Position numbers and translations under genes: made by a program. 64,000 nt of DNA from Octopus sinensis (Eukaryota): NCBI RefSeq assembly GCF_006345805.1, contig NC_043000.1:92442001-92506000 (forward strand), written 5' to 3'. Of this stretch, positions 53,938 to 64,000 are shown one piece after another (positions within the stretch are counted from its first letter, which is position 1; every line of letters starts with the position of its first letter). The notes beneath the pieces were generated by a model, which saw nothing but the letters and a program-made list of their open reading frames with translations, had not been told where the DNA came from and searched no databases.

Positions 53938-54281
53938 TATTCTCTTATTCTCTTATATGTTTCAGTCCAATGACTGTGGCCATGCTGGAGCACCGCCATT
54001 GTAATCATCTTTCCACTTTCCAACCTTGTCGGAGCAGCTTCTGGTGAAGAATGGAGTTTGATGCTAGTGCCCTCTTTTGAGTTTCTTGCGAGCCAGAGGT
54101 CAAGTTCACATTTGAAAACGTCTACATCCACTCCATGGAGGCTCCTCAGATACTTCGGCAGACAGTTAAACAGCTGTGGGCCCTTGAAACCCAAGCTATT
54201 GCAGTACATCGTCCTTGCCCAAGATGAAGCAGTCAGTACAATGGGGACAGCACAGTGACGTCCTGTTCGTGGTCTGGTGTA
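53938..54281 (-). pseudogene. CR1/L2-group LINE 3' end (ORF2 C-terminus plus 3' UTR)
   Basis: RTGRHCAVP...YCNSLGFKGPQLFNCLPKYLRSLHGVDVDVFKCELDLWL, followed by a tail ending in (AAGAGAAT) repeats. Confidence 0.75.
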
Positions 54282-54315
54282 ACTATATTTATATACACAG
54301 GCATATATGTATACG

Positions 54316-54352
<37 letters not shown>

Positions 54353-54498
54353 TGAAATAGAAAGATGAATAATCTTGTTGCAGATTAATCAAAAGTTTAA
54401 CCGATACCTTGGTAGCAAAAATCACAGCAGAAGACAGCACGGTTGGAGGTACAACCCTATGGTGTTGCAACAGTGCGTTGGTGTGGATAATTGAATTT

Positions 54499-54712
54499 TA
54501 ATATTATTAGTGAATTGAAGAAATGGAGTTGAACGAAGATTGAACAGAAATCGCTTTATTGCATTCTACACGTGTTTCAAAAGGCACAATTTACCAAATT
54601 CCGATTGAATAAGGAGACCATATTGTGTCTTTCTCTTCAGGAAGAAATAGGAAATCCGTTGGAAAAAACAAAAACAGAACAGAGGCGGATTTCTTCAATT
54701 CACTAATAATAT

Positions 54713-54714
<2 letters not shown>
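54499..54714. mobile_element. 216-bp mini-element with 26-bp terminal inverted repeats
   Basis: TAATATTATTAGTGAATTGAAGAAAT (54499-54524) / ATTTCTTCAATTCACTAATAATATTA (54689-54714). Confidence 0.75.
54564..54643 (-). ncRNA. Type I hammerhead candidate (CUGAAGA, ACACGUGU, GUA)
   Basis: TTC-CTGAAGA-GAAAGACACAAT...ATTGTGCCTTTT-GAAA-CACGTGTA-GAA; stem II 11 of 12 pairs, 3-bp stem I. Confidence 0.7.
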
Positions 54715-54792
<78 letters not shown>

Positions 54793-55382
54793 TATGCATA
54801 TATATATATGTACAAACATTTATAAATAAATGTGATTATGTGCATTTAACATATGAGAACTCCCACACTCATACATTTATCACAAACAGAGAGGAAGAAC
54901 AAGGTTAAAAAACGAATAATTTCTCCCAAAAATGAGTTTCAGAATCTTTATATGAATTTCAATCATACAACAAAAAACTAAAACAAAAAATGTGTTTACC
55001 CAATTCTAATACTGATAATATTGAAAATGGTAATAAAAATGTGTAATAAATAAATAGGTAAAGAAAAGAAGATATGAATAGCAGCATTTAATTTTTTTCT
55101 TTAAATTTTCATTTTAGAACTTTTAGCATTTTCTAAGGGTAAAGTAAATAATAAAATGAAGATTATAATGAATTGCAAAAGAAAAAGAGAAAAAATTTAA
55201 CCTTAAAGTTGGTAAAAAGAAAACTTATACATACATATAAATATATATATAAATATACGTGTTGTGAGTATGTAGGTGTATGTATATACATATTTGTATG
55301 CGTGTATGTGTATATATATATACACACACAAACATACACACATATATATACATATATGCTTACATATATATATATACATTTA

Positions 55383-55414
<32 letters not shown>

Positions 55415-55670
55415 CAAACATATATAATATTTTTCATAGTAAATATGTATCTTTATGTATATATATCTGTCTATCAATGTATGCATTTCTATATCCACAT
55501 TTATATCTCTGTCTATCTATCTGTCTGTCAGTCTGTTTGTCTATCAATTTATATATATGTATGCATATATATATGCATGTATGTATGTATGTATGTATGT
55601 ATGTATATGTATATATATATATATATATATAAATATACATATATATATAGATATATAGACATATACATAC

Positions 55671-55715
<45 letters not shown>

Positions 55716-55879
55716 ATATATACATATATATATACACACACATACTATGCGAGTGAGCATATGCTGACATATTTTTCTGTTTATGTAACTGAAGCAAAGG
55801 TAACTCACAATGTAGGTATTAGTAAAACAGAATAAAAATATAACTAGTAATGATAAATAGATAGATAGATGGATAGATG

Positions 55880-55930
<51 letters not shown>

Positions 55931-55935
55931 TGATT

Positions 55936-56018
<83 letters not shown>

Positions 56019-56605
56019 TGCTAGATAAACAGTCAGACAGTCAGACAGATAGAATACAGACAAATTTCTTTTGAGAGAAATTTAAATGAAAATATCTCTT
56101 ATATTTATAACTTGGATGTACGAGGATATGAAGATAGCAATATTGAGCAATAGTTGGAGGGTTATGGGTGAGCAGGAAGAATATAATGCAGAGGTGGAAA
56201 TTACAGCCTTCTCTCCCCTCACCCACTCTTACTGAAAAAATATAAAGAAAAATAATAGAGAAAAGCAGAAAAATATTTCTAGCTTTAAATCTCTGTTTTA
56301 GACATGATAGGTGAAAATATTATATTTCAATGATAATAGAGGACAATTTAATCATTTATAAAAAATGTGTGAGTAAATGTATCTATATAATTTAAAATGT
56401 AAGTATATATTTTAGATGGATTTATTTATCTATCTACCTGTTTTTCTATCTATTCATACACACACACACAAACATACATATATACATATATACACATATA
56501 TATATATATCATTTATAAAAATGTGTGGGTAAATGTGTATAATTTTATAGGCAAGTATATATTTTGATATGGATTTATCTATCTATCTATCTATCAATCT
56601 ACTTA

Positions 56606-56636
<31 letters not shown>

Positions 56637-56680
56637 TCACACACATGTTTATACAGACACATACACACACATATGTATAT

Positions 56681-56726
<46 letters not shown>

Positions 56727-58199
56727 AAGGCATCGTCCTGTGGTTAAGAAATTCACTTTGCATTACATTATTTCTTCCCACACCATATGCAGGTGACTTT
56801 TGCCATTGCATCAGGTTTACTTACACCTCATAAGTATAGCTGCTTTATATCGTGATGGAGGTCTGATTCTATCAAGAAACTGGAATGATCATAAGTTAGC
56901 ATTATGGGAAAAATATGATTAAAGTATCACATTTTTATATATTAGGTTTGCAAGATTCTTGCAGCTAAACTGAGTTGAAGCAGATTTTTTTGTATCTTGG
57001 GAGGGTCATTATACCAATACAAAACACAGTACTGGTTCTATTTCACTTCTTCTTTCAATATAATTAGTTAATTAGTTAACTATTAAACAATTAAATCATA
57101 GATGGTTTGAGTAATCACTCAGTCAGTCAGCTAAGTTCATCAGAGTCCTTTAATCTTCATTTGTGATCTCATCAATGAAGTCATTTATCTACTTAATTGG
57201 TTAAAAAGTTAATTAGCTAACTAATTATTATAAAAGAAGTAAAATGGAACCAGTGCATGTTTCCCATTGGTATAAAGACCCTCCCAAATATAACAAAATA
57301 TGGTGTTAAAGTATTTCAAGAAATAAAATTTAAGATTACTGTAGATATGAACTTTGTAGACACAGCATAATAGTTTCAAACCATATCACAGAGCAAATGA
57401 GAAATTAGTGTATGTACAATAAGTAATTGAATCAGCCACCTAGCATCTTGAGGAACTTAACCAACAATTTCAGTACCTTCTGATGAATAGACATTTATGG
57501 GTGTAGCAGGTTATTTGAATGAAGTGTTAAGAAATAGTAGGATCTCTGAAAAGAGTAAAAACATAAAAACATTGAGATGCATTACATAAGTATAAGAATT
57601 GGAATGGGAATATTTTGTGGTACAACCTAGTATTTAATCTAGCAGTAAGAGCTAATAAAGCTAGGGAGTTCATTATTCTAATGCATTAGCATTTCCCACA
57701 ATAGCATATATATAGTAAAATATTGAATAGAAAAAGCGAGAAAAATGATGATGATGATGATGATGAGCTGTGGTAACGTTAGTTATTCAGCTGTTGAGAA
57801 TTTCAGTTGTTATATCAGAGGTTATAATGTTGCAAAGATGAATGAAACAGATAGGCAAACACCTAGCCTTTAACAATTATGCAACTCTAGGATTCGTTAA
57901 AATTGCCTACTAGTGCAGAGTAACCAATAGAGGATCCCAAAGAAGAAATGAACAACAGAGATAAACCAGAAATAAATATCAGAGTAACTGAATTGACATT
58001 AAAAAATCGATTTTATAAACACAAGTATTCATTTATCAACCTTGATAAAAAAAAAAAAAGAATAACGTGCTATGGCATTCTTGAAATTTATATGGTTCTT
58101 GCATGAGACAAGTCCTCATGAGTTCGAAAGAGGGAAACACTGTGCTGACATGTAGATGTTGTACATTATCATATTTTATTTCTGAGGTTTTTGTTTGAG

Positions 58200-58470
58200 G
58201 CATTGTACTTTTGGAGGTTTTTTTAGTGGTCTCATGTTGATTGAGAATATTAATGATTTGTTGAGAGATTCAGGAGGATGGCAGTCGTATAAAGGTGTGT
58301 CACTCATTCAAAATAAATGGAGGCTGTGGAAAAGGAAGCTTTGGAACAAAGTGATAAAGACTAATCTCAAGATGTTGCAACCCTTAAAAGAGATAACAAA
58401 GGGTCACAACGCTTAGTAACATGTTCTAGGAAAACCTTACCACTTGTGCAATCAAGGCAAAAAGCACAAT
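58200..58470 (+). pseudogene. Decayed RTE-type LINE 3' fragment
   Basis: WRLWKRKLWNKVIKTNLKMLQPLKEITKGHNA resembles the RTE GRPxKTWxEVIKxDLxxLxLxxExTxDR C-terminus. Confidence 0.4.
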
Positions 58471-59146
58471 AAAATTTAGGTAGTGAAGGAAGTTGGGATT
58501 AATATATATATGTATATATATATAGATAGATATATATATAGATAGATACATGTGAAGGTACATGGCTCACTGGTTACAGAGTCGAGCTTATGATCGTGAG
58601 GTTGTGAGTTCAAATCCCAGACCGGGCTGTGTGTTGTGTTCTTGAGCAAGAAACTTTATTTCATGTTGCTCCAGTTCACTCAGCTGTAGTAATGAGTTGC
58701 AACATCACTGGTGCCAAGCTGTATCAGCCTTTGGCTTTCCCTTGGATAACACTGGAGGTGGAGAGAGGGGAGGCTGGTATGCATGGGCAACTGCTGGTCT
58801 TCCATAAACAACCTTGCCTAGAGTTGGAGGGGTAATTTCTATGTGCAATCCCATGGTCAGTCATGACCGAAGGGGGTCTCAGCATAGATACATGTATATA
58901 TATATATATAACTTTTTAATACTTTTTGATAGTTTTTATATAATTATATAAAAAATATATAGATATAAATATAAATTAATAATTTTAAATTTAGATAATT
59001 TAAATTTTAAATTTTATATATTATATATTTTGTAAATTATATTAATTATTTTTATTTCTATGTTTTGGTTTATGTTTTTCACTATTTGATTTGCCTAATA
59101 GTGGTTTTATCTCTAATTTAATTTATATATATATAAATACATGTAT

Positions 59147-59210
<64 letters not shown>

Positions 59211-59469
59211 GTGTGTGTGTGTGTATGTATGTATATATATATATATGTATATATGTATATATATAATATATATGTATGTATATATATATATATGTATATA
59301 TGTATATATATATATTTAAAAATTAAGGGTAAAAATTGATATTAGTCAATTAAAACCAGTGGTCTAGCACATTAAAAAGAATCCGAAGATTAAAATATTT
59401 ATATATACCAATTAAGGACTGAACATGAAAAAGTGGACTGTCCACTTTTTCGTGTTCAGTCCTTAATTG

Positions 59470-59515
<46 letters not shown>

Positions 59516-59921
59516 GTAAAGAGTGAAAAAACGACAGAAGGCTTAAATGTTAAAAAATATATATATTTGCGTCAATATGTCTGAAGAATATTAGAAAATT
59601 TAAAAAAGAAATTTTTTTTCCTTTATAATGACATAATTTTTAAAGAAAGACCGGTTTCGCATTTAGCTTTTCAAATTTCTTGTGACGTTATGTTTATGTT
59701 TAATAGAGTTATCCTTGTGTTTATGCTCCGGAGAGTTCTAAATAAGGGAAGGTAGTGGGTGATTTCTTCCGGTGTAAGGGAGATAATCACTTAAAAATTG
59801 TTTTCCTTTCCCTTAATGTGAATTTCTCTGAATCAGTATGTTCGGATGGTTGAGTCTGGGCTTGTACCTTTCAATGAAGAATGTTTCCTTGTTTAGTCTA
59901 ATTTGTGTTGATGATCCGAAA

Positions 59922-61237
59922 AGGATCAGTAAAGAATTCATTACTAAATCAATTGAATTCATCCTACACAATAACCACTTCATGTTTGACAATACATTTT
60001 ACCGTCAAAAATCCGGAATTGCTATGGGTACAAGGGCAGCACCAGTCATTGTGAACTTAACAATGGGATACATGGAAATATCATTTACCAGGAATCTTTA
60101 TCAATCTTTGGAAATCCCCTCTCTCAATACATAAAAGAGAACTGGAAACGATTCTTAGACGATTGTTTTATTCTCTGGAATGAAAACACAGATAAACTCC
60201 TAAAATTTAAAAACCTATTGAACAGCATAAACCCAAATATACAGTTCACAATGGAATACAACCAAAAGGAGCTCCCGTTCTTGGATATACTAATTAAAAA
60301 AATTAACCTTAAAATAGAAACAGACATTTTCTACAAAGCCACAGACGCCAAACAATACCTTCTCTTTAATTCATGCCACCCAAAACACACTAAAACAAAC
60401 ATCCCCTTCAACCTTGCAAGAAGGATATGCACAATAGTGTCAGAACAAAATACCAGGAACTTTAGACTGCAAGAACTCAAAAACACCCTAATTGACAGAC
60501 ATTACCCAGCTCAACTCATAGAGGACGGGATCAGACGTGCAACAGAAATCAACATAGAAACTTTAAGAAAAGTTCAACACAACAACACACCTTCCCCGAA
60601 AATACTACTTTACATATCTACATACAACCCCAGAAACAAAGAAGCCTTCACCATCATCACCCAGAATTTACCAATACTTCATAAAAACCCCAAATTAAAG
60701 GAAATTCTAAACATACACCAAATCATTAAAAGCTACAAACAGCCTAAATCACTTAAAAAGATTCTCACAAAGGCAAAATTGTTTTCTGAAATTACGGATG
60801 CAAAAGTAAAAAAATGTGGTAGATCGAACTATGCAACATGTCCTAACCTGCTAGAAGGATCCGAATTCCTCTTTAAAGAGGGACAGAAATTCAAGATCAA
60901 ATCTAACTTTACTTGTGCCTCTGAAAACATAATTTATGTCATAAAATGCTCAGGCTGCCACCAAGACTACGTGGGTTCCACGGGACTATCACTCAGATGT
61001 AGATGCACACTGCATCGACAACAGATTGCATTCCCAGAATATAGAATGATACCTTTTAGTGAGCACATTGAGAAATGCGCAAAGCAACTACTACCACAAT
61101 TTTTAATCTTTCCATTTTACCAATGTGCTTTCGGATCATCAACACAAATTAGACTAAACAAGGAAATATTCTTCATTGAAAAGTACAAGCCCAGACTCAA
61201 CCATCCGAACATACTGATACAGAGAAATTCACATTAA
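59922..61237 (+). pseudogene. Penelope-like RT (C-terminal part) plus GIY-YIG endonuclease
   Basis: YRQKSGIAMGTRAAP..NLTMGYME, frameshift near 60079, WKRFLDDCF, ELPFLDI, FNSCHPKHTK..IPFNLARRIC, KKCGRSNYATC, NIIYVIKC..C...YVGST, LNKEIFFIEKY..RLN. Confidence 0.92.
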
Positions 61238-61368
61238 GGGAAAGGAAAACAATTTTTAAGCGATTATCTCCCTTACACCGGAAGAAATCACCCACTACCT
61301 TCCCTTATTTAGAACTCTCTGGAGCATAAACACAAGGATAACTCTATTAAACATAAACATAACGTCAC

Positions 61369-61407
61369 AAGAAATTTGAAAAGCTAAATGCGAAACCGGT
61401 CTTTCTT
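61369..61407 (+). ncRNA. Minimal hammerhead variant (U3-A8) in the Penelope terminal repeat; identical copy at 59643-59681(-)
   Basis: AAGAAA-T-TTGAAAA-GC(TAAAT)GC-GAAA-CCGGTC-TTTCTT; palindromic ACCGGT, GUC site. Confidence 0.6.
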
Positions 61408-62194
61408 TAAAAATTATGTCATTATAAAGGAAAAAAAATTTTTTTTTTTAAATTTTCTAATATTCTTCAGACATATTGACGCAAATATATATATTTTTTA
61501 ACATTTAAGCCTTCTGTCGTTTTTTCACTCTTTACTATTTTTTATATATTCACCCACGTGCTTTCACAAACCAACTTTCTTATCTATATATATATATATT
61601 ATATATATATATATATATATGTACAAGAGTTAAAGAATGGAGTAGATAATATCCAGGCTACATATGTTCATAGTGAGTAGAACCTCAGAAGTAATAAATG
61701 TCTAAGGGAGGTGTATACCATGGGATACTCATCAGGCCAAAGGTATCTTGATTAAATGATGTTTACATTGTCATAAGGAGGTACATCGACACACGAATTG
61801 TCTGTGTGTCGATATGCCTCCTTATGACAATGTAAACTTCATTTAATCAAGATACCCTTGGCTTGAAGTGCAGCCTGCAATATACACTTCACTTGGAAAT
61901 TTACTACTTCTGAGGTTCCGCTTGCTATGATACATATGTAGCTCAAATATCATCTGCTCTATTCTTTAACTCTTTAATCTGCCTGCCTACCATGAAACAA
62001 AAAACATTTTTTTCAGCCTTCCATACTGTAATACAGGAAAATATCCACAACCTTCTGCCTCAATAAACCACTCTTGTTCTTAAAAGTTGTTTTTATATTC
62101 TCTACAGTTTGCTTGAAGCTAACCTTCTTCCTACACCTTGATTCTTGGATCTTACATTTATATATATATATGCACACATCGAAATTGAAATCAA

Positions 62195-62640
62195 ATTCAA
62201 TGACTGGCATCCATGCTAGTGGAGCGCTAAGAGCATCATCTGAGAGTGATCATTGCCAGTGCAGCTTCCGGGTCACTAGTGTGTAAAAAGCACCATTCAA
62301 GTGTGATCGTTACCAGTGTCGCCTTACTGGCACATGAAAAAACATTTGAGTGAGGTCCTTGCCAGTGCCGCTGGACTGGCTCCTGTGCAGGTGGCATGTA
62401 AAAAACACCATTTGAGCGTGGTCATTGTCAGCACCGCCTGACTGGCCCTCTTGTGCTGGTGGCACATAAAAGCACCCACTACACTCTCTGAGTGGTTGGT
62501 GTTAGGAAGGGCATCCAGCTGTAGAAACTCTGCCAGATCAGATTGGAGCCTGGCGCAGTCATCTGGTTCGCCAGTCCTCAGTTAAATCGTCCAACCCATG
62601 CTAGCATGAAAAGTGGACGTTAAACAATGATGATGATGAC
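62195..62640 (+). mobile_element. Dispersed repeat family D
   Basis: Same subunits and tail as 29945-30345. Confidence 0.75.
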
Positions 62641-62647
62641 ACCAACA

Positions 62648-62696
<49 letters not shown>

Positions 62697-62786
62697 GTAT
62701 ATAGTGAGATTCATGAAGATCAGGAGTACAGAGATTTGCACGTCCAATTTTATTATACAGTTATTTACATCTTTCTTCTCTTAGAC

Positions 62787-63050
62787 CTATGCACACATTT
62801 CAACTGCAAACTGCGGCACACTGCTGCAAACCACTGAAACATGTGTAGGTCTAAGAGAAGAAAGATTCCTGTGAGTTCTCTGATGGCTAACCAGGCCCAC
62901 ACAACTCAAGCACCTCCTCCCACAAACCACACAAAAAAACAACATTCCCTCATTCTCCACATGTTCTTTCCTTCTAAGCCCTCTCCTCATCTTCTCATGC
63001 TTCATTCTGTCTCTTTTAAACCTCAAACCACCACTGTGTACTCTCTTCCG
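62787..63050 (-). pseudogene. RTE-clade LINE C-terminal zinc-finger fragment
   Basis: KMRRGLRRK...FFCVVCGRRCLSCVGLVSHQRTH. Confidence 0.65.
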
Positions 63051-63375
63051 CCATCCAACTTATATATATTTCTCCTCATTTCTTTCTGTGTTCCTTTCTT
63101 TGGAAGAGCATAGGCTCGAAACATTTGAGACTTTTCACTTCCCGAGTGTTAAACTTATACATCTGTTTGTTGTCTACACCACATTTTCATCTTTTGTTTT
63201 TTTTTGTGAATTCTCCCTGTATACATATATAAATTAGAGGAAAACCACTATTATGTAATTCAAACAATGATAGACATAAACCAAATCATAAAGAAAAAAT
63301 AAAATATATTACAAAACATATAACTAGATCACAAAAAGTACAAAAAATGAATAAACAATATATAATAAGTAAAAA

Positions 63376-63477
63376 GACTACATACATTTCGTGACTATAA
63401 CTTCAATTCGAATTACAATTAAATTTAAATTTAATCAAAAAACAATTCAATTTAAAAGTATAGTCACTTCTCAGGTC
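63376..63477 (-). ncRNA. Decayed hammerhead-like motif
   Basis: GAC-CTGAGAA-GTGACTATA...TATAGTCAC-GAAA-TGTATGTA-GTC; perfect 9-bp stem II, core G8>A. Confidence 0.5.
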
Positions 63478-64000
63478 AAAAATAATAATAACAATAATAA
63501 TTAAATAGATAATCAAATAGAATTAACAATATTTCTTAAAGAAATAAAATCACGATTGTTCTTATAGAAGAAATTCCGTTAACTAAATTTGAAACTTAAA
63601 AAGTAGGACCAGGTGTCTATAATACATTTATCATGTTAAAAACCTAAGCTAAAAAAATAGAATAAATAGATAGAAAAATGCATTTATCTGCGAAGATATA
63701 TTTTAGCTTTCAGAATAACATTAACAAGCTATAGAATATCTTTTCACTGGTTATACCCTAGTATTTTACGTTACAAACTATTTTACAAAACAATCACACT
63801 TAATGCTTTTAGATTATAGTTCACATATAATAATTATAAAATAATAAAATGAAATAAATGTACATATCTAAATTATAATTAACAAATATAGCAATTAGAA
63901 ATCCATATTTTTTCAATCAATAAACATAAATAAATAAATTACTCCATTATTTCTTAAATAGATACTATACTTATCATTCCAAAAATACTTATGAAATAAA

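Larger units (their letters stand above)
59509..61541 (+). mobile_element. 5'-truncated Penelope-like element with inverted terminal repeat
   Basis: 59509-59921 is the reverse complement of 61129-61541; the interior encodes RT and GIY-YIG. Confidence 0.92.

Noticed and set aside
59578-59602. CTGAAGA-ATATTA-GAAA antisense to the PLE
   Set aside because: No stem I or III and no GUH site; a chance match in AT-rich sequence.
63098-63130. GAGC-ATAG-GCTC-GAAAC hairpin resembling a PLE ribozyme
   Set aside because: No recognisable CUGANGA core or cleavage triplet in this copy.

Overview
AT-rich eukaryotic DNA, almost certainly intronic or intergenic. The repeat families and (TA)n/(GATA)n/(CA)n/(AAT)n density look like an Octopus-type cephalopod genome (my inference from repeat recognition, not a search). 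No host protein-coding gene could be identified, and nearly all ORFs in the track are microsatellite artefacts. Recognisable content: several tRNA-derived SINE families; a TIR-complete DD37D (maT) Tc1/mariner element plus a related MITE; decayed Tigger/pogo and mariner elements; a non-autonomous Helitron; RTE and CR1/L2-type LINE 3' fragments; and a 5'-truncated Penelope-like element (RT + GIY-YIG) with a ~413-bp inverted terminal repeat. The most notable pattern is about nine sequence-unrelated type-I hammerhead-ribozyme-like motifs (CUGANGA...GAAA...GUH with a tiny, mostly palindromic stem III). Most sit in short fold-back or direct-repeat mini-elements that look Penelope-derived, and one has a compensatory U3-A8 core. 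All folds were paired by eye, and no ribozyme activity or transcription is shown.
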